Under the pieces are notes generated by a model, which saw nothing but the letters and a program-made list of their open reading frames with translations, ran no database searches and was not told the origin of the DNA. Both the position numbers and the translations under genes were made by a program. Positions 20,167 through 30,907 of a DNA stretch of 64,000 nucleotides are shown here, in pieces. Source of the DNA: an uncultured bacterium (GTDB taxonomy: Bacteria > Babelota > Babeliae > Babelales > JABCYS01); NCBI GenBank assembly GCA_963705705.1, contig CAVPKK010000005.1, positions 231,363-295,362 on the forward strand, written 5' to 3'. Within the stretch, counting starts at the first letter, position 1, and each line of letters starts with the position of its first letter.

Positions 20167-21822
20167 CTATCCCAAGCGTTCTCTGTTGCGAGCAACATCC
20201 GGTCTAAGATTCATAATATATTCTGCGGTATCGTGAGGCATCATGGGTAATGCATAGTTTGCAATACAGGGCGCCAAAACTGCTGGAATATGTTCACGAA
20301 GGTTCGCTTGAATAGTTGTGTCAGCCGTTCGGCATCTGCGGACGTAGTCCTTTAATCTTTCAAGCAGTCTTGGGTTCTTCTCCACATGTGAGAGCATTCC
20401 CATGCCAAGTTGATATGGTATAGATCCTGGATGAGCGTTAATTGAAAGCAATATGCCAAGCTTTTCGCCATTGACTGTGCCGCTAACCGCCTGCTCAAAT
20501 CTATTTTTTCTATGTAGGTCAAACCAATTCCCATCTCTTGGAATGTTAGCAGCTTCTTCAGCGATTATTTGCAGCATTTCAGTTGTTCCTCGCCTCATGG
20601 CATGAGTCAGGATAGATTTTAAGGCATAAAACAATGGGCTTTGTTTAACAAATAGCAAAGCGAAGCGTGGAGCAATGCTTTGCTCAATCAACTTATCTTT
20701 TTCTTTTTGAATCCACTCTTGTTCTTCGCGTGCTGCTAGAAAAATAAAGGCGCGCATGAGTTTCCGCGCTATTAAGGGATAATTTCTATATTGCGGGATA
20801 TTAGTTATACCAAAGCGTTTGAAAAGCACTTGAGCGGCATTTTTACATTTTGCCGATGATTGCACGATAACTGAGCAGTCAAGGAGTGCCCTAAGAGAAC
20901 CCTCCGTATGATTTAATATATCAATACCGCCACGCAGTATTTTATCTGTATCTAATGCTGGCGCGGTATCTATTGCGGCCAACATCGCACTAAGCATTGT
21001 TTCAACTATTTCAATTCTGCCAGCCATTGATGCCACAGATAATGGCTGTTGATTATTGAAAAGATTGTGCAACCCATAATTCAAATCATTTGCTTCAGCT
21101 AGAGATATTTCAATATTATCATTATTGAATGGCTGTGTTGGTACAGGATCATCTTGAGTCAGGCTGTTGGCCAATGGAGTTACAGCGAAACCATCATAAT
21201 CGGCTTCTAAATGTATATGTGATGCCGAAAGGTTATCTGAAAGACCTTTCATTTTTCGCCAATGCTCGAAAGGCACTTTCTCTATCGGGCCAGTAGAAAG
21301 CATTTTGTGCCAAAAGCTTAAGAGATTTTGTGCTGCAAGTGAACTTAAATGAGCCTGATATTCCTTACGAAGATCCTGCATGGTTATACGGTATATATTT
21401 TCTCGCACGAGTGCGGAGATTGTTTCTAAGTCACCAGCATCAATAGCTTCAAAGAATCTATTTTGTTTACGATCCTGAACCATCTTTTTAGTCGCAGCTG
21501 GTCCATCTCCCCATTGTGCTAAAACATTTGCCATCTCGAACAATATTTTTGCATCTTCCTTAGATGTATATGCTATTTCCGCAGAATATCCCCGCAGGGA
21601 TTCCGGGACAGTCATTTGATCATCGGCATTATTTTCTTTGCGATCTTCGTTTTTTTCTTGCTGTGCGGTCAAAGAAGAACTTATTGCCTGTTGAGTTATC
21701 TGAGGCAAGCTGCGTGATGCACCATGGTTCTGACAATTTTCAGCTAAATTTGATGCTGACCTACTTGTAGGCAGAAGCGCCATTGGGGTTAGTAATAAGG
21801 TGAATGTTAGTTGCTTAATCAT
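20167..21822 (-). CDS. Array paralog G4 (subfamily I)
   Basis: EDAKILFE; VNGEKLGILLSINAHP; GMLSHVEKNPRLL. Confidence 0.8.
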   Translation of the reverse strand: MIKQLTFTLLLTPMALLPTSRSASNLAENCQNHGASRSLPQITQQAISSSLTAQQEKNEDRKENNADDQMTVPESLRGYSAEIAYTSKEDAKILFEMANVLAQWGDGPAATKKMVQDRKQNRFFEAIDAGDLETISALVRENIYRITMQDLRKEYQAHLSSLAAQNLLSFWHKMLSTGPIEKVPFEHWRKMKGLSDNLSASHIHLEADYDGFAVTPLANSLTQDDPVPTQPFNNDNIEISLAEANDLNYGLHNLFNNQQPLSVASMAGRIEIVETMLSAMLAAIDTAPALDTDKILRGGIDILNHTEGSLRALLDCSVIVQSSAKCKNAAQVLFKRFGITNIPQYRNYPLIARKLMRAFIFLAAREEQEWIQKEKDKLIEQSIAPRFALLFVKQSPLFYALKSILTHAMRRGTTEMLQIIAEEAANIPRDGNWFDLHRKNRFEQAVSGTVNGEKLGILLSINAHPGSIPYQLGMGMLSHVEKNPRLLERLKDYVRRCRTADTTIQANLREHIPAVLAPCIANYALPMMPHDTAEYIMNLRPDVARNRERLG

Positions 21823-21864
21823 GTTGTGCTCCATTTGAATGTCTTATTAACCATTTTTTCTTAC

Positions 21865-21893
21865 ACACTATCACCTTGTATGCTATGTCTCAA
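21865..21893 (-). promoter_or_regulatory. Putative internal promoter in array
   Basis: TTGAGA-N17-TAGTGT with extended -10 TG, in the only sizeable intergenic gap of the array. Confidence 0.45.
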
Positions 21894-21923
21894 CAGGCTA
21901 TGGAGGCGGAGAAGCCTCTCAGC

Positions 21924-23522
21924 TCATTCGACCAGGTTTTGAGCATCACTATCATCTTGGTCATCATTGGTCGCTGGGTATTCATCCTCATGCATCTTCG
22001 GATGGTCGGCCTGTAGATTTATAATGTATTCTTCAATTTCTCGTGGCATGCGACGATGTGCATATTGAACCACAAAAGGGGCCAGAACAGGAAGAAGAAA
22101 CGCGCTTGCGGTATCGTGGATTTCAGTATCGATCGCCCGGCATTGGCGAATATAGGCCTTCAATCGTTCAAGCAATGCAGGGTTCTGCCCAACATGTGAG
22201 AGCATGCTCATGCCAAGCTGAAATGTCATAGAATCGGGATGTGCATCAATAGATAGTAATGTACCAAGTTTTTCGCCGTTGACCGTATCAAGTGTAAAGC
22301 GTTCATATGGTGTTTCAAAAACAGCATCTTCAAGGAAATCTGGTTGCAATTCTTCCGATGGGGTATGGGCACTTTCCTCAGCAATTAGCTGAAATAATTT
22401 TGCCGACCCATGCCGTGTGGCGCCGTGTAGGACATCTTGTAAACCTGAAGTAGCAGAGGGCTGCTCATCTTGCTGGGTAAGCTTATGCCGAGCGGCGAAT
22501 TCCTTAATCTGTAGTTGTGTGCGAATGAGTAGCTGAGCGATTGCAGGGTAATTCTCATACCGTTGAACCGCTGGTAAGCCCAAATTTCTGAAGATTTCTG
22601 CCGCTGCATTTTGACATTCGTCTGACGAATTCTCAATGCTTGAGCAATCCACGAGCGCCTTAAGTGCCGATAGGTTCGTATCATACCTATTATAAAACAG
22701 TTGGGCTTCTTCTGGGGTGACTATATTATCCATTCTGGTTATGAGTGCTTTGAGTAACGTCTCAACGATATCGGCATGACCAGCAATAGCGGCCCGTGTT
22801 AATGTTTCGTGGGAATTTAGGATTGAGTGCAGGCCGTAATTATTTGACCTTTGGTTTAGTTTATACCAAGGAATAGTGTCCTCAGTGACCGAACCACATA
22901 ATGGGGGATATGCCCAATCTTGAGTGAGGCGTAACACCACTGGGTTTGCGTTAATTTGGGGATGATCATCCTCGGCGCGAGCTGGTGGTCCATATGAGAA
23001 TGACCCTGCTATATAGGTTGTGAGAGTTTGCATCTCTCCCCAGTGTGCGAATGACCTGTTTGGGGCAGCAAGTGATTCATGATATAGGCTCAAGAGTTTT
23101 TGAGCCACATTTGTTTTCAAAAGAGCAGAATATATCCGGCGATTATCTTTAGCATATATAAAATCAGTTTCTTCAGTGGCTAGCAATGAAATTGTTCGTA
23201 AGTCATGGGTATCAATTGCTTCGAAAAATTTGCTTCGTTTAAAATTGGCGACATTTTCAAAGCGATTTCGATGAACTAGCGTATCGTCGCCGGACCATAC
23301 ATGGGCTAGCTCAAATAATATTTTTACATCATTTTCTGAACTTAAATCAGATCCCTTGCCTTCGTTTTCTTTTTCATCGGCTGAACTGCGGTGATCTGCC
23401 CGTACCGACAAAGGTACTGGAATGGGCTGAATATTTTGCTCTTGTGGCGCCGACGCTGGCTTACTTGTAGGCAAAAGCGCCATCGGGGATAGTAATAGGG
23501 TGAGGGTTATTTGCTTAATCAC
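21924..23522 (-). CDS. Array paralog G5 (subfamily I), GTG start
   Basis: GGAG RBS + GTGATTAAG; family motifs. Confidence 0.8.
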   Translation of the reverse strand: MIKQITLTLLLSPMALLPTSKPASAPQEQNIQPIPVPLSVRADHRSSADEKENEGKGSDLSSENDVKILFELAHVWSGDDTLVHRNRFENVANFKRSKFFEAIDTHDLRTISLLATEETDFIYAKDNRRIYSALLKTNVAQKLLSLYHESLAAPNRSFAHWGEMQTLTTYIAGSFSYGPPARAEDDHPQINANPVVLRLTQDWAYPPLCGSVTEDTIPWYKLNQRSNNYGLHSILNSHETLTRAAIAGHADIVETLLKALITRMDNIVTPEEAQLFYNRYDTNLSALKALVDCSSIENSSDECQNAAAEIFRNLGLPAVQRYENYPAIAQLLIRTQLQIKEFAARHKLTQQDEQPSATSGLQDVLHGATRHGSAKLFQLIAEESAHTPSEELQPDFLEDAVFETPYERFTLDTVNGEKLGTLLSIDAHPDSMTFQLGMSMLSHVGQNPALLERLKAYIRQCRAIDTEIHDTASAFLLPVLAPFVVQYAHRRMPREIEEYIINLQADHPKMHEDEYPATNDDQDDSDAQNLVE

Positions 23523-25365
23523 GTTGTGCTCCATTTAGTTGTCGCCGGCGCGTCATGATAGAGGTCATATGTTGGCCTAATAAATTTCCCTCATTGTCGT
23601 CGTCTTCTTCTTGTTCAGGTTGTAGGTTCAAAATATAGTCTGCAATTTCCGTTGGCATACAATGAGATGCATATTCTGCAACTTTGGGGGCCAAGACCGG
23701 TAAAAGATGAGATCTGATATGCGCGGAGACCATTCGGCTTTTTCGCACGTATTCTTTTAGTCGCGCAAGCATCTGTGGATTCTTTTCCGCATGGGAAAGC
23801 ATGCCCATTGCAAGCTGGTATACAACTGAGTTCGGGTGGGCTTGCACTGAAAGCAATATGCCAAGCTTTTCACCGTTGGCGAGTGATTCAACATGCCTTT
23901 CAACAAGATCTATCTCTTTATTACGGCGCTTTTCGAACCATTGAGATTCTGCTGGGATCATGCCAAATTCTTCTGCCATTACCTGTAACATGCTGCATGA
24001 ACCGCCAAGTAAAGTCCTAACTAATAGAAATTGTATATCGTTGCCAAGAGTAAACCGGGCGACTGAATCGTTGGCAGGTTTTGGCTTGCTTGGAATAAGT
24101 CGTTTAAAGCAGGCTATGAGATTGCGCGCGATAGGCTCATAATTATTTGAATTCGGTTTATTTTGGATGCCCATATTTTGAAATAGGATATTGGCATGTT
24201 TTGATTGTACGGCAGAACTTGCCGCATTTAGTTTATGGAGCGTATCTTTAATGACGGAATAGGCATCTATGCGTATTTTATTAAATTCGAAATAAGATAT
24301 TAAAGCATTAACCGTTTCAATATGGCCGCCAATTGCCGATAAGCAAAGCGCATCAAGGCAACGTGCCAAACAAAGAAGCTCAAGGCCATAACGGCCAAAG
24401 TTATGCGTATTGAATTCATCGAGGTACGATGATAGTGGCACTATGTCATAATCATCCTTAATGCAGGCGGGCTTTTCAATCTCATCTTTGGTCATGTGCA
24501 GCGCTAGTGCACGGGCATTAATTTGGGCAGTAGGATCAACCATCCAATTCATAAGACCGGATTTTTCGAAGCCGACAGCTCCTATTTTTGTAAGTAGTTG
24601 AGTCAGTTCTGTTTTGCCATAAGCCGCAGCTCTCATTAATGGCGTATAACCATGCTTAGCTGTCCGCAAAAGCGACAATAGTTCGCCGACGGCGTCGAGG
24701 TGTTCATAATCATGAAAAATTTCCTCTATCGCATTTTCCAATATTTTTGTTTGCTCTCGGTTCATCGGTACCCAAAGTTTCCACGACCAACCGGGAGCTT
24801 TATCAAGTTCATCAAATAGCTGAGACAATTTAGTTTTTAGCTCCTGCATATCTTCTTTAGTAAATAGTTCAGCCGCGCGTGCCAATACAGGGCGCCCATC
24901 AGGCTCGTTAATATGCGTCAAAGGAATCTTTTCAGTCATCAGTAAGTTGGAAACTTCATCACAACTAAGGTTATCTATCGCATTAAATAAACGCGCGGTT
25001 CCTTGCATGAAAAAATTTTCTTCCGCAATCGAATATATATTTTGGATAAGCGCATCTATGCCGCCCTGTACAGCGCTTTCTTTACTGATGTTTTCTTGTG
25101 TAATTAATTTTTGTAATCCCTTTGAGAGTCTCGCTTCAGTAAAAGAAAAGTAATCGAACGGCTGCGGATCAAGAGTTGGTTCCACGCTTTCTTTGCATTC
25201 TTCTTTTCTCTCAGTCAGCGATGAACTTATTGTCTGAGGAAGAGGCTGCATTGAGGTAGCTAGTCGATCCACTGGTTGGGTTGTCGAAACATCTCCCAGT
25301 CTATTTGTAGGCAAAAGGGCAAAAGGAGCGAATAATAATATGGCGAGTGTTAGTTGCTTAATCAT
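23515..25365 (-). CDS. Array paralog G6 (ankyrin repeats + subfamily I C-terminus)
   Basis: DGRPVLARAA, GYTPLMRAAAYG; ANGEKLGILLSVQAHP. Confidence 0.8.
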   Translation of the reverse strand: MIKQLTLAILLFAPFALLPTNRLGDVSTTQPVDRLATSMQPLPQTISSSLTERKEECKESVEPTLDPQPFDYFSFTEARLSKGLQKLITQENISKESAVQGGIDALIQNIYSIAEENFFMQGTARLFNAIDNLSCDEVSNLLMTEKIPLTHINEPDGRPVLARAAELFTKEDMQELKTKLSQLFDELDKAPGWSWKLWVPMNREQTKILENAIEEIFHDYEHLDAVGELLSLLRTAKHGYTPLMRAAAYGKTELTQLLTKIGAVGFEKSGLMNWMVDPTAQINARALALHMTKDEIEKPACIKDDYDIVPLSSYLDEFNTHNFGRYGLELLCLARCLDALCLSAIGGHIETVNALISYFEFNKIRIDAYSVIKDTLHKLNAASSAVQSKHANILFQNMGIQNKPNSNNYEPIARNLIACFKRLIPSKPKPANDSVARFTLGNDIQFLLVRTLLGGSCSMLQVMAEEFGMIPAESQWFEKRRNKEIDLVERHVESLANGEKLGILLSVQAHPNSVVYQLAMGMLSHAEKNPQMLARLKEYVRKSRMVSAHIRSHLLPVLAPKVAEYASHCMPTEIADYILNLQPEQEEDDDNEGNLLGQHMTSIMTRRRQLNGAQRD

Positions 25366-26986
25366 GTTGATCTTCATCTGGTCGCTGTATCATAATCGAT
25401 GCCATGTGTTGGCCTAAAAGGCTTTGATCATTATTGGCATCCTGATTTTCTGCCGGTTGGTTTCGTGGGGGATTGATGTGACCAGGATCTCTATTGATTG
25501 TTGGTCGCAAGGCCAAAATATATTCCGCAGTTTCGGCCGGTATGTAATGCGAAGCATATTCTGCAACTATCGGTGTTAAAACAGGGAGAAGATGAGCCCC
25601 AATATGCGCATACGCCTTTTGATATCTGCGTATGTATTTCTGTAAGCGGGCAAGTAGTCTTGGATTTTTTTCGATATGCGAGAGCATGCCCATCGCAAAT
25701 TGGTTAGTCAGAGATAAGGGATGTGCATCAATTGATAGTAATATGCCAAGTTTTTTGCCATTGACGGTATTAGAAACTACATGTTCGAAGTTTATGATAC
25801 CCCTTTTTGCATCTATTCCTATTGGGCTACGAGCAGTTTCTTCAGCGATTATTTGCACTATCTCAGATGAACCATTGCCCATGGCAAAGGACATTCTATC
25901 TTGCAACCGTGCAGATAATGGAAAAAGCAGAGCGAGATTGTTGCCATGATCAAGTAGTGGTTCTATAGCTGCGGCAAGATGTAAAGCCGCGTGAACAAGC
26001 ATCTTGGCGATTACCGGATAATTTTCATCGCGTGGATGAGTGGTTAAATCATGATATTTAAATAATACTGCCGCAGCTTGTTGGCATTTTTTAGATGAGC
26101 GTGCGATGGTAGAGCAGTCCAATACACCGCTCAGTGCTCCCATAATGTAGAAATGGTAAGGGAAAACTTCATGTATGACCTCTTGGGTGTCCATCATATT
26201 GTCTATTTTGGTTACCATCGCATTAAGCAATATCTCAACTATTTCAGCTTCGCCAGCCATTGATACCCGTTTTAATGCATTCAAAGTAGAGGTGATTGTG
26301 TCGATAGCATAAAGTTCTTCATTATTGACTGCCTCGTATAACGGGGTGTTACCCTCCTTCCAATGAACGCAGATTGGTCGATTGGACCAATCTTTAGTTA
26401 AACCAAATGCCAATGATCTCGCATCGATTTGTATATCTGGCTGGCTAAACAAACGGTCTTTTAAGCGATCATTGAGTGACAAAGATTTGGCGGTACCCGC
26501 GATCTTAGCCCAGTGACGGTTCGGTAAAATTTTATTTGGGAATAAGAGCGTGTCTCGATATAAGCTCAAAAGTCTTTGTGCTACTTCAGATCTTAGAAGA
26601 TTTCGACATCGCATGCGATCATCTATATTGAACATTATTCCTGGATTTTCATGAGCCATTGCCGAGATAGTTTCTAAGTCTCGCGCATCAATCGCTTCAA
26701 AGAATCTATTTATTTTGAGTGTAGCAACGGCAGCAATAGCATCCTTTATCTGGTCTGGACTATCTAAATACCATGAAAGCCTGCCGGTAAGTTCAAATAA
26801 TAGTTTTGCATCTTCAGTTGAGGCACAATGTTCTTTACATTCGAGCTTTTCATCATCAGCCGATACAGGTGGACGCGGTGCGCCATGCATTTTGCGCTCG
26901 TCTGCTAAGCTGAATGGTAGCCCACTCGTAGGCAAAAGGCCTAAAGGGGAAAATAATAATACAGTGAGCGTTATTTGCTTAATCAT
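25358..26986 (-). CDS. Array paralog G7 (subfamily I)
   Basis: Family motifs; close to G8. Confidence 0.8.
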   Translation of the reverse strand: MIKQITLTVLLFSPLGLLPTSGLPFSLADERKMHGAPRPPVSADDEKLECKEHCASTEDAKLLFELTGRLSWYLDSPDQIKDAIAAVATLKINRFFEAIDARDLETISAMAHENPGIMFNIDDRMRCRNLLRSEVAQRLLSLYRDTLLFPNKILPNRHWAKIAGTAKSLSLNDRLKDRLFSQPDIQIDARSLAFGLTKDWSNRPICVHWKEGNTPLYEAVNNEELYAIDTITSTLNALKRVSMAGEAEIVEILLNAMVTKIDNMMDTQEVIHEVFPYHFYIMGALSGVLDCSTIARSSKKCQQAAAVLFKYHDLTTHPRDENYPVIAKMLVHAALHLAAAIEPLLDHGNNLALLFPLSARLQDRMSFAMGNGSSEIVQIIAEETARSPIGIDAKRGIINFEHVVSNTVNGKKLGILLSIDAHPLSLTNQFAMGMLSHIEKNPRLLARLQKYIRRYQKAYAHIGAHLLPVLTPIVAEYASHYIPAETAEYILALRPTINRDPGHINPPRNQPAENQDANNDQSLLGQHMASIMIQRPDEDQHD

Positions 26987-28574
26987 GTTGATCTCCATTT
27001 GGTTGCCGCAGCATAATCGATGCCATATATTGGCCTAATAAGTTTTGTTCATCGTTGTCACCCGGATCTTCTTCCTCTTGGTTCCTTGGTTCATGATGCC
27101 CAGGATTTCTATCAGTTGCTGGGCTTAGGGCCAAAATATATTGTTCAGTTTCAGTTGGCATGCATGGCGAAGCATATTCTGCAATTATTGGGGCTAATAC
27201 AGGAAGAAGGTGCCCACTCACGTGAGCACAAATATTTGCTTGGTCTTTTCGACATTTGCGGACGTATTTCTTGAGGCGGGCAAGTAATCTTGGATTCTTC
27301 TCGACATGGGAGAGCATGCCCATCGCAAATTGGTTCGTCAGAGAATATGGGTGAGCGTTAATTGATAATAATGTGCCAAGCTTTTGACCATTGACGGTGC
27401 CCCAAACTGCAGCCTCAAAGTTTACGACTCCATGGTATGAATCTAGCGGGATTTCGGCGATTTCTTGAGCGATTATTTTCAAAATCTCTGTAGATCCGTG
27501 CCTCATGGCGTGAGACATTAATAGTTTTAACTTTATGGTCAGTGGGTATCGCGGAATGCCATCATCATATTCAAGATTACGAATCGGCTCTATGAGGGCC
27601 GCTAAGTGCATGGCTGCGCGAAGAAGCATCTTTGTGATTGCCGAATAGTTCTTATAGCATGGGTCAACGGGGAGGTGATAGCTTTTGAATAACGCCGAGG
27701 CAGCCAGTTGGCAATTTTTGGGGGATTCAGCAATTGCTGAGCAGTCCAGTACACCGTTAAGTGCTTGCATAATATAGAAGTGAGAATTAACAATTTTATT
27801 CATGCTATCGGTAACGTCTATTTTAGCTAACAAAGCATTAAGCAGCACTTCAACTATTTCAGCATCGCCGCTTATTGCTATCTTTTTTAGTGCATTCAGA
27901 TGAGACATGAGCGTGTTGATAGTTCTGTATTCATTGTTTTCTTTAACTCTTTCGTCCAAGGGATTTTGATGACGAGGCCAATCTTTAGTTAAGCCCCATG
28001 CCAATGTTTGTTCATCGAGGAGTACAGAATCAACTTGTCTATCAGCTGCTATGCCGGCTAGTGTTTGCGAAAACCCCAGCATCGCTGTCCATAGGGAATT
28101 AGGGAGGGATGTTGCTGAGGATGAAAGCGTTTGGCGATATAAGCTTAAAAGTGTTTGTGCTACTTTGTGTTTTGAAAGATCTCGATATCGCGCGCGATCA
28201 TCAATATTGAACATTATTTCTGGATCTTCATAAATAATTGCCGAGATTGTTTGCAAGTCTCGTGCATCAATCGCTTCAAAGAATCTATTTATTTTGAAAT
28301 CGCCAGCAGCCTGAACGGCTTCTTTGATTAGATCTGTATTACTTACATTCCACGAAGAAAGCCTTGTTACCAGCTCAAACAATATTTTTGTATCTTCATC
28401 AAATGTGCAATGAGGAGATTCCTTACATTCGAACTTTTCATCATCATCCAATACTGGCGGGCGCGGTGCGCCATGCATTTTTCGTTCCTCCGCCAAACTG
28501 AATGCTGGTCTACTCGTAGGCAAAAGGCCCAGTGGGGAAAATAATATTAGGATAATTGCTAGTTGCTTAATCAT
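26979..28574 (-). CDS. Array paralog G8 (subfamily I)
   Basis: Family motifs; close to G7. Confidence 0.8.
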   Translation of the reverse strand: MIKQLAIILILFSPLGLLPTSRPAFSLAEERKMHGAPRPPVLDDDEKFECKESPHCTFDEDTKILFELVTRLSSWNVSNTDLIKEAVQAAGDFKINRFFEAIDARDLQTISAIIYEDPEIMFNIDDRARYRDLSKHKVAQTLLSLYRQTLSSSATSLPNSLWTAMLGFSQTLAGIAADRQVDSVLLDEQTLAWGLTKDWPRHQNPLDERVKENNEYRTINTLMSHLNALKKIAISGDAEIVEVLLNALLAKIDVTDSMNKIVNSHFYIMQALNGVLDCSAIAESPKNCQLAASALFKSYHLPVDPCYKNYSAITKMLLRAAMHLAALIEPIRNLEYDDGIPRYPLTIKLKLLMSHAMRHGSTEILKIIAQEIAEIPLDSYHGVVNFEAAVWGTVNGQKLGTLLSINAHPYSLTNQFAMGMLSHVEKNPRLLARLKKYVRKCRKDQANICAHVSGHLLPVLAPIIAEYASPCMPTETEQYILALSPATDRNPGHHEPRNQEEEDPGDNDEQNLLGQYMASIMLRQPNGDQHD

Positions 28575-28600
28575 GTTGATTTCTTCTCTTTGGTTTTGGA

Positions 28601-30880
28601 TTAATCTTCTTTTTTCTCATCGTTTTTGGCGCGTTTAAGTTGTTGATGCGCAACAACGGAATCCCAGATACCATCACAGACTTCTGGTTCAGGTGCTCGA
28701 TGGAATGAGATATAGTCCCTTACGATAGATGCCAATTCTGGTAGAAGGTATTTATTAACTTCCTCCATGGCCTGCGGCAGTATTTGATGTTTGCAGATAA
28801 ATTGCTGCAGACGTGCAAGTAATGCTGCATTGTTTGAAGCACATCGAAGCATAGCCAATCGCAGATTACTCATCGTATGACCTTCTGCATTTATTGAAAA
28901 TAAGATGCCAAGTTTTTCGCCGCAGAGAATCTCGTCGAAAAATTTATGGCGCATGGCCAATCTAAAGGGAAATTTACAATGAGTGATTTCCTGAGCAATT
29001 ACTTCAAATATCTCTGGCGACCCATGCCTCATGATATCTAGGAGTAGTTGGAAGAGTGCTTTTTGCGATTTGCTTTCATTAGATACATTTAAATTTTCAT
29101 TTAATTGTATTCGAATATCTTTGCAAACCCGCACTTCTTTTGGACTAGCAATTATGTATGCCCGCATCAATTTTTGAGCGATTGCTAAATAATTATTACG
29201 CTTTGGCTCGGTAATGCCTAATGAGGCAAGTAGCCCTCGTGCACAATCAGCCGTTGCAGGATCTGAGAACGCAGCGAGTTTTATTAGAGCATATCTAATG
29301 CTTTTAGCACCTTTTTTATCTTCATGATTATCGATAAGTTGTTTTAATAACCGATCTATAATATTTGAATGCCCTGCAAGGGCTGCTAATGAAAGTGCGT
29401 CGTAATCACTATAGAATGTATGCAATATGTTTTTAAAAAGCTCCGATGCCCCATGTTCAGGTTCATCTTGTGGGCGATAGCCGCCAACGATATCTCTCAG
29501 ATATCGGTCACATAAATTTTTGAGCTCAGCACGTGCTTCGATAAAACAATCAGGGAATCGACCTTCATCCTCATGAAATATAAATGCATTATCCTGTGAC
29601 ATCCAAGCAACTATATCAGTTGTTGCCATGATATTAGAGTGACGGTCGATCAAGAATTCTACCAATTCCTCATTGCCTTGGGCCGATGCCTTCATTAACG
29701 GTGAAAAACCTTTATATCCATGTAGGAATCGGATCATCAATTCTTGTAGTTGATATTGTCTCGAGCCTATGGTTATGATTCTTTCCCTTTCTTGTGCCAT
29801 CCAGTTAATCTGTTCAGCCACAGAATGGATTTTTTTTGGATCTATCGATTTTATAATAAATTGCACATCTTGCTTTATTCCGCTTACTACTTCCTGCTGG
29901 GTTTGAAAAATAGAGAATAGCTGTCGGTAATCCCGAGGGTCGATTTTTTTTGGAAGCTGTTTAAAGAGTTTGATGATCTCTTCATTAGGGGCTTGGTCAT
30001 CCATTGCCTGAAAGATTCGAGATGTAATTTTATTGGAAGCCCATTTTCCCAACAGGTTTTCTGCATGTGTATTGAATTTTATTGTATAAGCTTGCCTCGC
30101 TGTAGGATCTTGTTGGTAGATAAGAGCCATTAGTTCTCGAATACTTTTCTTCATCTCATGCCACTCTTGCGAGGAAGCATAAACATCATCGGGGTCTTGT
30201 TCCTTGCGCTCTTTCTCTGTGTGTTCTTTCAGACTAGAGCCATGATTTATATGCATTGAGCTTAGGCTCTCTGGGAGAGTTTTTTCATCTTCATCAAAAG
30301 ATGGGCCTTGTTGGAGGAATTCTTCATCGGCCAAATCTATTTGTTCCGTGCTAGGTCTTATAGATAAAGGTACTGGCACTGGTTGCAGTCCTCCTGGCTC
30401 AGCATTAGGATTTGTATCTTTGGTTTCGTGCTCTTTCCTTGCACGTTCTTTTAGATTAGAACCACGATTTATATGTATCGAGTTTAGACTCTTTGTGAGA
30501 GTCTTCTTATCATCGTCAAAAGATGGGCTTTGTTGAAGGAATTCTTTGTCGGCCAAATCTATTTGTTCCGTGCTAGGTCTTATAGATAAAGGTACTGGCA
30601 CTGGTTGCAGTCTTCCTGGCTCAGCATTTACTAATGCAGCATTCGCCGGGTTGGCTGGTGCAACTGAAATTGGAGTTGACGGGCCAGATGATGCCGGCGA
30701 AATATTTGGTTGCGTAACCGTTGGTTGAGCTGCAGGCTGGTTTACAGGACGCGGCGGGAATAAACCTTCTCCTTGCCGGATATCTTGTAATGTGATTCCC
30801 GGTTTATTTGCCGGTTTACTTGTAGATAAAAGGCCCAAAGGGGAAAATAATATTAGGATAATTGCTAATTGCTTAATCAT
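28601..30880 (-). CDS. Array paralog G9 (subfamily II) with 74-aa internal duplication
   Basis: GFSPLMKASAQGN; CGEKLGIL; closest to G2. Confidence 0.8.
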   Translation of the reverse strand: MIKQLAIILILFSPLGLLSTSKPANKPGITLQDIRQGEGLFPPRPVNQPAAQPTVTQPNISPASSGPSTPISVAPANPANAALVNAEPGRLQPVPVPLSIRPSTEQIDLADKEFLQQSPSFDDDKKTLTKSLNSIHINRGSNLKERARKEHETKDTNPNAEPGGLQPVPVPLSIRPSTEQIDLADEEFLQQGPSFDEDEKTLPESLSSMHINHGSSLKEHTEKERKEQDPDDVYASSQEWHEMKKSIRELMALIYQQDPTARQAYTIKFNTHAENLLGKWASNKITSRIFQAMDDQAPNEEIIKLFKQLPKKIDPRDYRQLFSIFQTQQEVVSGIKQDVQFIIKSIDPKKIHSVAEQINWMAQERERIITIGSRQYQLQELMIRFLHGYKGFSPLMKASAQGNEELVEFLIDRHSNIMATTDIVAWMSQDNAFIFHEDEGRFPDCFIEARAELKNLCDRYLRDIVGGYRPQDEPEHGASELFKNILHTFYSDYDALSLAALAGHSNIIDRLLKQLIDNHEDKKGAKSIRYALIKLAAFSDPATADCARGLLASLGITEPKRNNYLAIAQKLMRAYIIASPKEVRVCKDIRIQLNENLNVSNESKSQKALFQLLLDIMRHGSPEIFEVIAQEITHCKFPFRLAMRHKFFDEILCGEKLGILFSINAEGHTMSNLRLAMLRCASNNAALLARLQQFICKHQILPQAMEEVNKYLLPELASIVRDYISFHRAPEPEVCDGIWDSVVAHQQLKRAKNDEKKED
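30200..30628 (-). repeat. Intragenic direct repeat, period 222 nt
   Basis: NAEPGxLQPVPVPLSIRPSTEQIDLAD occurs twice. Confidence 0.85.
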
Positions 30881-30907
30881 GTTGGTCTCCATTGAAAAAA
30901 TACAAAT

